DNA of 64,000 nucleotides from Patescibacteria group bacterium (GTDB lineage: Bacteria; Patescibacteriota; Microgenomatia; UBA10105; UBA927). The position numbers were made by a program, and so were the translations under genes. Positions 32,101-47,100 of this stretch are shown here, piece after piece. Position 1 is the first letter of the stretch. The number at the start of each line of letters is the position of its first letter. The notes below the pieces were generated by a model. That model did not search any database. It was not told where the DNA came from and worked only from the letters and a program-made list of their open reading frames with translations. Where the stretch lies: assembly GCA_038063875.1 (NCBI GenBank), contig JBBTUH010000028.1, positions 17,046 through 81,045 of the forward strand. Direction: 5' to 3'.

Positions 32101-35100
32101 TAAATCCAAACGCTGTTACAGAATCTATAGGTCTACCCGTCAACCATTCAAAACGTAATCTAGCATTTACCATCGGATCATTCTGATTTCCATCGCTTAC
32201 GATGGGAAATAAAATATTTTGTTGAAACGTTATCCCAGCAGGGTCTTTTGGCAACAGTTTACCCATAGCGTCATTAATTTGAGATCCGTCTGCCATAAAA
32301 AACTTACGAGAAAGCGCTATGAATGAAAATTCACCTGTTTGAGTGTTAAGAAACACAATGATATTTTGATCGTTCTTAGTCGACGTAATTGGAATATTTG
32401 GATCCTCGTCACCTATGCTGTTTAAATGAGAATCCATGCCTAAAATAAGGAATGAAACTATTGGGTTTTCAAATACTGCTTTTTTTTGTTCATCTGTCGG
32501 ATTTGCTACTCCTACTATTCGTAGCCAAAAAGATTCTCCTTCAAGGTTTGCTAGTAGAACCCGTTGATTTACTGCCCATCTATAAATTCCTTTTGACATG
32601 AATGCAACAAGTGGATTTTTTGCAGACTGTGAATCTATCCAATCCTGTTGTATGGACTCTTCATACTGATCTTGTTGCGTCGTTGTTGCAGTTTCTGTGG
32701 GTAACTGTGCTGTAGCAGTATCTACAGGAGCAGACGTTTCAGAGGGCGATGCTGTTTCTGGATTCGTTTGAATTTGCTGGATTATCGCAGCTGGCTCCCT
32801 TATCGGCAGTTGAGGTGTCGGAGAAAAAGCGACGTTTAGCCAAATCACCACACTCAACAAGCCGTACGCTATAGATAGCACGCCAATCGTGACACCTGCA
32901 GTCCATTTCAATCCGTCTCCCACCCACTGAAGCCATGTTTTTTTATATGGATCTTTGGTGAGATTCATCGTTACCACATCTGTATTATCTGGAAACGTTA
33001 TAACAAGGTTTGTCGTTTGCTTTTTTACCGTATCTAAATTAAATCGAACAGCTCTGCTGCCCACTTGAGCAGTATCCAACGATACCGCTGTCGCCACGGC
33101 ACGTTCCTCTACTCGCTCAATTTGATAAAGAGCAAATCGTGAAATATCATGCACGATAACGGGGACAAACAAAGGATTACCGGTCACAAAAAGAATGCCT
33201 CGAGTAAAGATATGTATAAACCCTTGGACAAATCTGAAGTTTGTTGGAACAGATGCGTCCCACCAGTTTGGAAAAAGTACAAAATCGCGAGACGTCCGTA
33301 CGATCGCCTTAAGCGAATCTGATGGAATTATCTGCTCAACTAGACGCAGTCCATCATGTGCAATCCACGGCAGTATTCCTATCGGTCCTCCGCGAATCCA
33401 CATCCATCCATCACGCAGTGCCATAATGCCAAGGTTGGCAGCCTGCTTCGTACCACTATACTCGAATGAAAATGGCTTTACCCATGCATGTACTAAGCCA
33501 ACCACTCCATCGCGAACAACTCGTGTCGGTCCCCACTTTCCTAACGATGCGAAAAATCCTGGCTTAGCAAGTCGTGTCTCTTTTTCTCCTGTGGTAATTA
33601 TGATGTTTCTCCTCTCTTCACTGGTCACTTGAATCTTTGGTGCTACATCAAGATAAAATCTCGCTCGTTCTATATCTATCTTTATGTTATCGGTAATTGC
33701 CTCCGGACCATCAACTGATTCAAACACACTAATCAATCGGCTATATTCTACCTCCAACGGCTTACCATTTACTTGCAAACGAATATCTGGACTGGATTTT
33801 TTTAATTGTCGAAGCAACACCGATATTTCTCCCACAAGTGTTTGTTTTTCCACTTTTGCTACTTCTAATCTAGCGTTTGCAATGAGAGCGCGGGCGACTA
33901 TCATATCTAATTCATAAGATAATGATACTGACGCTCCATTCACCTGACGGGCAACTTCAGGAAAAATTGTCTCGCTCACTAATTCTGCCTCCACGAATTC
34001 CGCTAATGCTTCATCATCTGAATACCCAGAGATTGCCTGCGTTAATCGTTCGTGAAGAATGATATATTGATCTGCGCCTAATAGTAAAACTTGCTCAAAT
34101 CTTTCCGCTGCAGCCAAGATGTCTGTAAGGTTGGCTGTTTGAATAAAATATACCAATGGTGAAGTATCACGTGTATCAAATTGTTTTATGAAAGGCACAA
34201 ATACAGATATGGTCTCTAGTCTCCCGAGTGTTATTTCCACTTGTTTGTTTATAGAATTCTCTCTCTGTTTACTCGTCATCGACGAATCAATGACAGATCG
34301 CACCGCCTCATCTATTCTTGATCGAATTATTGATCTCAATGCCACTCTTGCAATACCCGCTATTTGGAAACTACCCGGCTTATCAAATAACAAGAGCTCA
34401 CTGGCATCTCGTAAGAGTGTGATATCTGTCAAAAGCACACCGCTTGTTTTAACCAGCTCTTCATACCATTTTTGTCGAGCATCTTCTTTTTGCTTTTGGG
34501 CGATGAGCGAATTTTGAGTTTCGTTCAGTCGTCTCGCAAGCCCGCGAATTGCGCTTGCCCGCTCTACTTCTGACTGCTCGGTAAACCAATCGCCAAGTCG
34601 TGCATGAAGTAATGTTTCGAGTCCTTGGGTATCAAGAGTTTCTTTTTCAATTAATGTATCGACTATAAATTCAGTCTGTTCGCTATACCAACGACGATAT
34701 GCATCAACTACTCCATCAATTGCTTTTTTATCTATATTCAATATGTTTTGCGCGCGGTTTTGAAGAAATACTGAAGGTAACAGGGAAATACCATCAAACC
34801 ACCCGTCATCACGAAGTTTTCGTTTAATAAGGTTAAATGACACACGATCATTGCGATATAAGGCTTCCTCAACCAGATTTTGCCTATATACGTCAGCCAC
34901 TTGAGCGTCCCATTGGGTCAGTTCTTCCATCGCTCTTTCGGTCACTAATCGCGCATACGCAGGAATGAAAGATGATGCTTGCTCGTCAGATTCAAGTCGT
35001 TGATCTTCCTCTAGTACAGTTCTCACGATTTTCTCAATTTTTGACTTCATAGTGCTCACGCTATCCCCTATAATTACCGTAGCCATGACTCGCTTTTGTA

Positions 35101-38100
35101 TTTCTGTAAGATTATTTGTAAACACGTGTGCAATAAAAAGCTTTGCCTGCGTTCGCTCTTCTTTTTTATTTGTGAGTTGGGCCACAACTTCACCCAAAAC
35201 AAAACTCAAATACTGCTGTGCTTCTGCAACGCCACTTATTTGCTCAAACCCATGATTAAACGCCGCATTTTCGGCTATATCCCTTTCAGCAAAAGACTGT
35301 TTGATATCAGCCTGTAATTGAACGCGCACAGCTTCTCGATCGTTCAAATACATTTCATACTGTAGTGCCAAAGCGATTCCTTTTTCTGGACCAAGGACAG
35401 ACTCCATAATTTCTCCAGTTCTTTGGGGAATCACTGCTCGTGCTGCTTGTGGTTGATCTTTTACATCACCAAGCCACGTTTCTATACTTTTATACATCTC
35501 GTTTATAAATTCTTTGTCACTCATCCCGCGAGCTAATAGAATATCATCAGAGGTGATTCCCTCTTCTTTCAGTCTCTGTCGAAGCAATAAACTAATTTCA
35601 CTTTTCTTTGCTCCATTTAAATACGCCTGAACAACTGGTCCATCCCGATGCGTAGCAAAAAGCAAAAAGTCCGCAGTGCGAACACGCAATGCATCTTGTA
35701 TGACAGGTAGAGATTCTAACAATCCCGTGATCAACAGCTGCCTATGCGCTGTACGCCATGCGGCTTTTGATTCTTCTGATTCTAATTTTGCAATGAATGC
35801 AGTGGATTCTTCTCTCGCCAGTTGTTTTTGTCGCAATTTTAGTAATTCAGCAGCTTTTATTTGCGATTCTGTAAGTGGTACGGTGATTGGCTTATCTACA
35901 TAAAATAACCCTAATCCATAGGCTGTAAGAGCTGGTTCTCCGAGATCCATCATGAAAGAAGCCTCATCCATCACTTTCTGTACTTCACCAAACATGTTCC
36001 ACAATGCAATTGGAGGGACTAACGCCGGTGTCAAAGCTTCACCTGCAACTGCAGTAAGAAGCAATACTTGTGGGTTTGATATGGATTGATTCGCTTTTCT
36101 CACTTCTGCCGCACGTTTTTCAATACTAGGAGCTAACTCAGCAGCTTGTTTTACTGCGGCAATTTCTAATACTGCCCTACGATCCTGTTCTGCCCTCAAC
36201 TGTTCGAGTTGCAACGCTAATTGTTTTTCAGCGTCTAACGACGTAGTAATTGCGCTTATGTCCAATCGTGCTTGATCAGAGACTGATGCTTGATCAAACA
36301 AACGTTCTTCCGATTGCCCAATTTTTGCTGTAACAGACCGGAGTAATTTACCAACCTGCCTATCTAGTTGAAGCTGCAAAACAGTTTCAAATGCCAAAAA
36401 TGCTTCGGAAATTGCTTCTATTTTTTCCACAGTCTTAATGCGATCAAGTGCTTTATCTTTTAACAACACATCTAGCTCTTCAAGAAGTGACAATGGTGTT
36501 TCACGCGTCACTGTTAATCCTGCTGTATTTAAGGCATTTTTGAGCGTTCTTGTAGCTACACGTGATGTATTTGATAAAGGGAAAAAAGAAATGCGCGCAG
36601 CAAGAGACTGCAACCCTTGCACGAGTGGCGATATTTGTGCCCTACGTTCTGCTATTTGTTGTCGAAGTTCCTCTCGATGAACAGATCGTTTTTCTGCTGC
36701 CCTCAATTTCTTTTCTTCATCTACAATTTTTTGCAATCGTGCCTGTTCTTGCGCGTCTACCTTACTAACTCGCAACTGTTCAGAAGCATCTTGTGTGGCA
36801 AAAAATGCATCTACTTTCTGTTGCAATGCTTCATCTTCCTTTTCCATCTGTGCCAATCGCTCTGTAGCATACGTTTGACGCGCTTTCTCAATGACTTCCT
36901 GTCTCCACTCAGGATAATCTCTTTTGGCATCGACAAATAACGTGGCGCTAATATTTCTTCTTTTATCAACTAACATTGCATCAATACGAGCTTGTAGTTG
37001 TTCTTCTGATCCACCAAAGACTATTAACTTATGTAAAGCGGAATTAGTCACAAATATATTTTTCAACGTTCCTAGTTGCATAAGTGCGGTAAGCTGACGA
37101 ATCTGGCTTCCCGTTTGAATACTTCGCGACACACCACTACTAAATGGCAAAGTTAGTTCAACGACAGGACCAACAACTGGCGTGACACCAGTTAATAACG
37201 AACGTCCGACTAATTGAGGAGTTGTAATGGAACTATCAACCTCATCCAATGCTTTAAATACTGCAGCTACTGAACGGCTCCAGCTTGCCATATCTTTATA
37301 CACTTGGTCTTCAGAATCTCGCCGCTGAGTTTGTGCTTTTTTGATATCATTTGCATATGTTTTATTGAGCGTCTGCGTTGTGCCACTAATCCAATCTGAT
37401 TTTTTTAGATTAAGAAGCGCAAATATCTCATCGGTCACATTATTTTTGTCTAAAACACCTTGAATAGTCGTTTGTACAACTTGTTCAGAGTACCCACCAA
37501 CGATTGCATTCTTTACATATTCATCTTTCAAAATAACGCTTTGTACTGTGGTCAATAATATATTTGCGTCTATTTGTCGAATTCTCTCAGCTTCTTCCAC
37601 CTTCTGTTGTTCTCCAATATCTGTAACCAACGCATCTATCGCAATCCGTTTTTTTTGAGCAACCTGTGCTTGCTCCCTCGTTAATCGATCCGCTTCACGC
37701 GCAACGGATTGTTGAGCAACTTCACGCAGTCTCCTTGCTACTCTCAAATCTTGTAGCTTTTTTCTTGTATTTACGTATGCAGTAAATTGTCGAATTCGTG
37801 GAAAACCAGTCACTACTGATGAAGGCACGACTACTGGAATCAACGCATCTTGTATCACATCTAAACGACCACCTACGCGCAATTCATTACCCGTGAGCCA
37901 AATCGCCTGAGAGAAATTTCCCAAATATTCAGTGATTAAGGCAAATGGGCTTGACGCCCCACCACCCGGTGCGTCACCACTTTTTCTCATCAACAAATAC
38001 TGTGCTATATCTGCAACAATTTGGTTATAGGAATCTGTCGTTATACTTTTAAAATTTGGACTAAACTTAGTGAGGGTGTTTTCTATTTCTGTACGATGGG

Positions 38101-41100
38101 TCTTGAGGAAATCTGCTTCAGACACTCCTTCCCTCACCCACTCAGAGCTTGATTTCTCCAATGCCTTCAATGCAAGCTGTTCTTGGGTAAGCACTGTAGG
38201 TATTTGATCTGTATTGACAGTGATTGATATGATTGTCCGAGCGTAGACCTTAAGGAGCTCCTCAACCAAATTATTGTCAATTGCTTGAACAAGGTGTGGC
38301 GAAACGTGATCTTCATTCCACGTTGCGTTTTGAGTTAATGCTCGGATGATCTCTGCAGAATCTGATGGCACATTCGTCAAATCTCCAGCTGTAAGAGTAG
38401 CAAGCACTCGAGCAACAATCTGTTTCTCCGTAGCACTTGTTAACCCAACAATATTTGCAAATTGATCCAAAATTTTCTGCACCTCTATTTTCGCCGAAAC
38501 GGGTATAGATTCTCCCTCACTCCATACATTATATTTTCTCAAAAACAAAACGAATGCATTGATGCGATCTGTAATAGAATCTAAAATGACTCTGTCCGTT
38601 TCTCTATACTGCAAATCTTTCGGTGCTACTGCGTTGTAGTTTGTTATGGTTCGTAGTAATAATGCTGTCGTCGAATCAGCTTCAGTCGCACTTACTGATA
38701 CAGCATTTACATCTTGTTGGACTTGATAGATGGTCTGTAGCATTGGATCAATGAGGGTCGTACGCAATGAACTTCGAACATTAGCTGCTACTTGTGCGGC
38801 GGTTGACAATCTCACGGCAAGATCAGCGTTGGAATTTTCATCGCCTATAAGTAAAAAGGTTATATACTGCTCTAGCTTCGTGAACTTTTTATCTGCGGCA
38901 AATAGATCAAAAAATTCTATTAATTTTGCTTCGCTCATCGGGAGATCACCGTTATTTTTTATCAACGCTCTTAACTTTTCGCTAATTGTCTTGACTGCTT
39001 TTTCTGCTTGCGCATCGATTTTATCAAGATCAGTAATAGATTTGCGCCCTCTTACAAGCAATGTATCGACAAATGTCGATGCAAAGTCTGTAAGCTTTTT
39101 TTGTGTTCTCCCTGGTGCATTGGTATCTCCACTCTCTATCGATCTTACCCATGATGCAAATACGGTATCAATAGAAAATAATTTCTTTAACGTCCCAAAC
39201 GCTGTGAACTCTTTTCCATCTTCAGTAAACCATGCTGTGCGTACTACATCTGCTTGAATGTCTAAGATTGATTTCTTCGGCGCATTTTTAGCTGCAAGAA
39301 GCGCTATAATTTCACCATCTGGATCTTTATAGATAAATGGTTTTTCCTCTCCTATCCGGATATATAGTTGCCAGTCTTCGAGCGTGAATGCGCGTATTTT
39401 TTGCAATCCATTCTTTATCGACTCAAATAACTCAATAAAATCTTCTTTGGTCAACGGAACTTCATCTGTCGTTTGCTTTATACGAATGCTTCCTTTTTGT
39501 ATAGCCTCTTCCCGCCATATAACAGCCTGAAGCAATAGATCTACATACTCCTGTTGCGTCGAAGGGACGAGGAACGGAACCTCTGACGAATTTATAGGCT
39601 CTTTATTGAATAACGCTGGTGTCACCTCTATCGTCTCATTATATTTATCTTGATAAAGCCGTAAAAACTCATATACCGTCATCATCCGAGCCATTGCAAC
39701 AGAAGAAAGCTGTTTACTTTTGTAGTCGTATGGTAAATATAAGTCAAACTGTGGGCGATCCAATATCACAGTGAAAAGTAAAGAAAAGTAACCAACAGTA
39801 TACCTTCGTATCTCATCTACTGAAAGTTTAGGTCGATATTTATATGACCCATGATCAAATAACATAAATGTATATGTCCCATCATCTTTTTTCACCAACA
39901 TAAGGTTATGTCCATAAATTAACTCAACATCATCAATGTACATATGATTCTTTGATAATTTCTCAATAAAATTGATATACAATGGGGCAAGCTCTGCCGG
40001 TGGTAAAGCTTCATATATCGCTCCAAACTCTACCCCTACCACCAATGGAGCAATATAAAATAAATGTGACGGAGATACATATGACACGGGGTTAACCAGT
40101 CTCGATTGAACAGCGTCTTCTGGTAATCTTCGATATTCTGCTAACCCTAAATAGTCTCCAACTGGCTTAACAATAAATCGCTCTAGATTTGACCTATTTG
40201 TTAACTCATATACTATTCGAGAATTATCTTCAGCATTCGGCAACGCCCGAATTACCCATGTGTCATCCAAAATTGTGCTTACAATTTTTCCTGACTGAAT
40301 ATATTCGTATATTTTATTGTCTGAATCGATCGATAAATCGATTGTATTTATGCTTAATTGAGTAGCTTTATAATGCGAATATAACGCCTTCATAACCCGC
40401 TCTGTTATCAATGTCAGATTCGCCGATTGCAACTTAAATGATGCTAATTTCAAATACTTTTGAACCACTACGGTGTAGCTCAACATAAACTCTACTTCTG
40501 TCGTTGGCGCCTCATGTCCGGCAAGAACTGACTGTGGATCAACCCATATCTTGGTCATATCGTTAATAAGCCCTATTACACTTCCCTGACTTATATCTCC
40601 AAGCAACAATGCTTGCACAAACCCAGTCAGATATTCCAATGCGCCATCCGTATTCTTATCTATAGCTGCTTTCAAATCAGTAAGGGGCTTTTGTACCTCT
40701 GACTGATTTAGTGCGTTTATTACTGCGTCATACGTTGCGACTGGAATAACCACTCCTTTAAATGCCAGCTCGATTGCCTTAATCAATGGCGCCTGAAACT
40801 CAGGCTTTAAACTATCCGGCGTCAACTTGCCCGCGATGTATTGGTTTGATTTTTCTTGCACTTTTTTATGCAACTGCTCCTGTGAAATGGGTGGCTGATT
40901 TGATTTACCAATATCCGAATATAAGCCAACTTCTTTCGCCAAACTCAACCATGCGATAATATCCGCTTCTATACTCTTAATCTTCTTTAATCCATCAGTA
41001 TCAGCTGGTAACTTCGACGTATCAAAAACTTTAAACATAGTATTTGCTTTACTCGCGTTAATCAATTCATCTTCATTGTCCTTTGTGTCTGCAAGAATAT

Positions 41101-44100
41101 ACTTTTGCCCTACCCAAAACTTTAACGATAATGGGGTTTCGTTTTCAAGAACGCCTAAACCCCCAAATTTCTGCTCAATAACTACCTTTTCTATAATTGC
41201 CAAAACCTTCGGCCCGAACCCTTTCCCAGGATCTGTTGCATCAAGTTTACTTATGACGGGAATCACGGATAACCCACTTTGGCCTAACAAGACAGGAATT
41301 AATGTGTGATTTAGCGCATCAGACACAAACGGGTCTGGCTTAAGAAAAACGATTTCTATCTTATCAAGCAGCGATGAGGATCCATCCATAACAAGGCCCA
41401 CACCGCGTGAGGTTTTCTGTAGAGAAACTCTGATCCCATTGGTTTCTTTATTGCTATCAAATTCCTTATTGAGAGCATCTCTGATCGCCTCAACTTTATC
41501 TTGTTCGACGAAAGCTACTTCTTTATCCAAAGGCACAGCTTGTTTATTTTCCAACCCATCAACATATTTTTGAGCTTCTATGATCTTATCGTCATATATT
41601 TCTCTAAGCGTTGGGATAGTATAACCGCTAAGAGTATTCACGACCTTGGCCCCAAGTCTCTCCAAGACAGCCAAAACAGGGTTTGTTGACAACGTTTCTG
41701 TTTGTTTCAAAACGTCGACTAATGCTTCAAGCTCAGTTTGTGGATCATCCGCAATCTTCATCTTCATGATCGCGTCAAAGTCCGATAGATACATGGTGTT
41801 TATAAAGCTACCTACCGCATCGATAACCTCTTTATTTTCCACAGGCTTCTTTGACGCCTTTACTAATTCGTTTGCCAGTTTAAGACGGTCGTCATTTGAA
41901 GCCTTGCTATATCTTTTCGCCTCATCAGGTTTATTGAGTATCCGCATGATCTGCGCCAATTTTTGATTAGCAAAGTAGGCGGCAGTGCTAAAGAGCATTT
42001 CATTACCATCTTTTTTCTCCGCGTGTTTTTCTCGATCTGCCTCAACCATCGCAAGAATAGTTTCAAGATCACCCTTTGCGTCTTCGTGACGACCTTGCGA
42101 GAGCGCTTTTGCTATATTCGTAAACAAATCAATAAATTGATCTTTTAGTTTTAAACAATCATCACAAGCCTTCGGATTTGCACGCGCAGTTTCGGTTAAC
42201 GCACTTGAGAGATCCTGAAATTCTGTTGTTACGTTTATGCCAAGGTTCTCAACTTCTTGCTCTACAAATTCATCGCCTGCGCTCAATAATGCGACGGGAA
42301 CAACTCCGGATTGTAATACACTATCTGCTCGTTTCAGAGCTTCTAGCTCATTGGTAAAGAAGAAGTTAGCATCTATCACATCTTCCATTTGTCCAATGAT
42401 GGGGAGAATCACATCTGCAGAGGCGCGGGTCGCAGGCGCAGTCCCGCCGTAATTCGTTATACCGCCTGTTACAGCTGCTATGACGCCATCTACAGTCGTA
42501 GGTTTTGTGTCGGATATAGCTAATCCTGTTTCTTGCAACTCTAAAAGCAAGGGCAAAAGCTTCGCCACTTTATCCGGCTGTTCTTCAAGTGGTATTTCAA
42601 TCGCTTCTTGAAAAACTTCAACCCGCTCTTTTACCCGCGCTCCAAACGATTGTTTCTCTTTTTCTACATCAGCATTTACTGTTTTTAGCCCATCGAGCGC
42701 AAATTCAAGCTGACCTTGTATTTTAATCGCTGTATCACGATTGATAATCGCATCGATGCTCACTAAAAAGCTCTGATCAGAAAGTGCTGTAAATATTCCA
42801 TCCAACGTTGTCGCTTTTGGAACAAATTGAACCCCTGCTTTTTCAAGCGATGACGATAATAGTTGTACAAGAAACGCGACTTTTTCTTTTCCAAGTGTTC
42901 CTTCTACATAGGATCGCTCAGCCCTAAGAAGCTCGATAGGAAACTGCAGAAGGAGTGATTTAATGATGCTAATTTCTTCAATGACTGGAGCTGGTTTTAG
43001 ATTGACGGCGTTGCCAACCGACGTCACGCTGGCTTGTTGAGCAACTTTTTCTGCAATCCTTGCTGCCACATTTATCGCCACCCGTGTCGCAGCCTCCTTG
43101 GATTGTGTTGTCAAAGATTTTCCTGTTGTTATAGCTTGAGCTATATACGTCGCAAGTTCAGCTCGGGCTGCTGCAATACTTCCTGGCAACCGATCTTTTT
43201 GATCCTTCAATAATGCGTTGAATTTCTCAACTAATGTTGCTTCCTGTTTCTCTGCCTCTGCCTGTAGAGCTGATTCATCAACCACAACATTAACAGTCGC
43301 TGGGGTTATTGTCGTAGAACTTGTTGTAGGATCTATTGCAACACGATCATCAGTGACTTTACTTCGTGCATCCTCAAGAACCAAAGCAATGCGCGTAAAC
43401 ACATCAGACGCTTCAATTGTCATTCGCACGAATCCCGCTGGGGGCAGGGCACTTAAGAACGTGGTTTGTAACTGCTCAAGCAGTACCACATCAGCTTGTG
43501 TATGTTCAATTATATTGCTGATAAGGGCTGAAAATGCTTGACCAAGCTTCACCTGATCTAAAAGATATTCTTGAAGCAATACAAAATTTGTGACGTTAAA
43601 TCCTTGCGCTATAAGCTTTTGAAGAATATCGCCTATCTCTTGTTGTCTCTCTACAACTGTTTTCGCTAACCCCAACTCAGATTCAGCTTGTTGTAATTTT
43701 ACCTTTGTCTCTTCAAGACTCGTGGTATTTATTGCCAAACTTGTTTCTACTTGTGTTATTTGTGTATCCAACGTATTCGATTCGAGGTTAGAAGCATTCT
43801 GTTGTGCGTTGGAAAGACGCGTAACTACAACCGCTTGTCTTGCTTGAAGTACTTGGAGTTGTGCTTGTACTTTCCGTGCTAATTGCAATGAATTATCAAG
43901 CTCTGTTTGTTTTTGTGTAAGCTCTACCGTATTTTCCTGAAACTTTCCGAATGACTTACCTACGACAATGACACCTGCTGAAATATTATCAACCTTTCCT
44001 CCCGCCTTTTTAACCTTTGCATCAGCTAATGCACGAACTTGAGACACAATTTCCTGCGCGATCTCTTTTCCATTCGTCTTACCCTTTGTCACATCTACAA

Positions 44101-47100
44101 AAAACCCTCCAGGAACCCCTGTTTTGTTTGCAAAGTTTCTATTATTATATATTTTGTTATGCCATCGAAGTGGATCGATGACGCCATCACTTACGGAAAT
44201 TAATACATCACCTTCCTGAACCTCAAAGGATTCTCTTACAACATGCGACAAATTTTCATTATTTCCCTGTAGGGCTCCATATACAACGTTACTCATTGGA
44301 TGCTCACCGGCTTCTTTTACCGTAACTTCGCCCATCTCAAGTAATTCACCCACAATTGAATGATCTTTCATTAACAAAAAGGCTGTACCATTTCGAACAA
44401 CCCATGTTTCTGCGTCTCCTGTGTGAATCACATGCGCTATTTGTTTTCCGTTTACCTCTTCTAGAATTGTGATATCGACAACCGCGCCACCACCAGCAAG
44501 ATCTGCGTTTCGTATTTCCTGATTAAGCCTATCAAATGTTTCATATAACCGAGATTGAATATCGATACGTCCATTTGAGGGTATTGAGATTTCATTAAAA
44601 TATATTTCTGCCACACGATTTTTAATGATCTGTGCAGCTACCGCACCTGATCCTTTCGATCCCATACCACCCATACCGTCAACCTCTACCATCATCACGG
44701 ATCCAAAAGCCGTAATTCCTGTTACATTGCGAACGACCAGCGCCGCATCCTCCATTGGATTAGCATTTTTTAGATACTTAGTACCTTTGTCTTCAGCGAT
44801 TCCAATATCACTTGAGGGAGCCACCGCTGGAATTTGTGATTGTAATGTCGCAATGGACGCCCGCAAGGCAATATGTTGCTGTCCAATTCCCTGTAATAGT
44901 CGCTTCTGCTCGTCGACAACTCTTGTAATATCAGCCAATTCCTTTGTGAAATTAGACACTTCTTCATTGGCTTTTTGTATAGCTTGTGGAAGTGATTCTT
45001 TTTTATACGTCTCTAACTCTTCGCGTCTTGTGTTTGCTTCGACAACCAGTCGCTCGTACTCAACCTGTTTACGCTTCAAATCATCGATGGTGTTTTGCAA
45101 CACAACAAGACCATCAGCTTGTGTTTGTTGTGCAAGGGGTTCAGTAACATACACAATGCTCACACCAGCAACTGGAACCTTCAAATACTGATCGCCACCA
45201 TCTAACTTTACGATCCAATATAGTAATCCTCCATCACTAAGCCCACCAGATTCATTTTCATTACTTTTTACGGTAGCCCTTGTAGTAGTAGTAACACCAT
45301 CCGCTGTGTACGTCACCTCAACTTTAGCATCCACCTCCACTGGATTATTTGCCTGCATCGAAATATTCGTCGCACCAGCTATGTATTTATATCCTGAAAC
45401 GGGCGCAGTTTGTACTACGGGTGCAATTATTTTTTCTTTGTAGACTGTATACGAACCATCCGTATTTCTAGAAAATAATATCTTTTTGTTTCCAAATTGA
45501 TAGGTAGTTTGATCTACTGGAATATCTATTGATGTACTTTTTACCACAGGGTTATCTTGTGCATCCACCACCCCATCTGCGTCAATAACAAGGTTTAATG
45601 ATTCAATATCGTTTACATTTTTTAAATTCACATGTGCATATTGCGTAGTGATGCCAGTTTGATTATTCGCAAAAACTATCTCTCCGGATACAGTAAGCCC
45701 AAAATAGACAGTCTGATTCCCCGAGATTACACCCATCAGTTCATAGATAGCCAGATCCACAGATGTTACGGGGACTGTGACTGGTGCAACAGGAATCGGC
45801 GCGACTTGTTGTGCCACAATAGATGAGGTCACATGATCTGCAAGTTTGTAGGATCGAACGCGGGCGAAATATTTCAACGGTGATTCTGGCCAATGAAGAT
45901 CCCAATACAAAAATCGTAATCGTCCTTGCGATGCGTTCAGGAAATTTGGTGTTTTATAGCCATCACTCAAAAACCTATGCACATCGTATGCCCACAACGA
46001 ATGTGAGATGGTGGAGAGAGGGAATGGTGTGAGAAACAATCCGACGCGTGTCAGCGCCCACACCACCGTATTGTTTCGTGGTGTCGCATTGAGAATACTT
46101 CGTGGAATAAACGAATAGAGATACCCATCGAGACTCCATTCATTAGGCTCTGTGATCGGAAGATCACTCAAAGGTGAGCGATACGGTACGGTAGGCGTAC
46201 TATTTGCCCGCATCACCGCGCTTTGCACCATCCTCATGCCCAACATGTGAGGAGCGGTAAAGAATCGTGTAACTGATGTCACTGTCTGCCAAAATCTATT
46301 GCCCAATGATGTGTTTGTATCACCGAGCGCTAAAAATCGTGCATTATAATAATGCTCCCAAAATCCTTCACGACTTCCCGCAAGAATATTAATCACCGTT
46401 GGCCGCATCAACACGGATTTCCACAGGCCACGCCATATACTGGGATTGGTGTCACTTAAGACGGTAATAATTCGCTCACCCAATATAAAATCTCTGGCAA
46501 GGGGTGTGCGCATGAGTGCATTGGCCAGTGCTACCACTGGAGCACGAACAGGCCATGTCACAAAACGAGCGATATCCCAGCCCCATGTGGCCGTTACATA
46601 GTACCCTGCCGCCAACGGATTGACGAGCCCAATACCAAATGGCACAGCCACCCGAAGCGTGGTCCACACCGCCAATTGTCCTGCACGTTCAGAGAGTGGC
46701 AATGAGCGATTAAAAACAGCAAAGGGGTTGGGACTTATGAGCCAATGTTTGACCATATCCCAACGCTGACTGAGTGTGAGACTTGCAGGAATTTGCGGTT
46801 GTGATTGTGCTACTTGCCCAGTAATAACCTGTGCTATTTGCTCTGGGGTGACATTTCGCGCATCGGCAAGTATAGAACCAATCACGTTTGTTATCGTTTG
46901 ATTCGGATCAGATAAATTAGCTATCGCAATAAGTAGCTTTTGCACACTACCCGTTGTCGTCTGATCGTATGCATTACTTATGACGCCACTCTCCATTTGT
47001 TCAAGAAGCGTCACCGTAATATTTGCCGCAGCCAACCCTAACGCAGCTGTTACATCAGGCGTTGGATTCGTAATTCCCAATGCTTGGGTCAACTGTTGTT

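Noticed and set aside
38730-39257. Plus-strand ORFs of 60-212 aa inside the giant gene (e.g. 38730..39257, 44625..45191, 51399..51995, 52917..53555, 54405..54785)
   Set aside because: All lie antisense to the continuous 40-kb coding frame. Their translations are low-complexity (Ser/Ala/Cys-rich), consistent with chance frames rather than genes.
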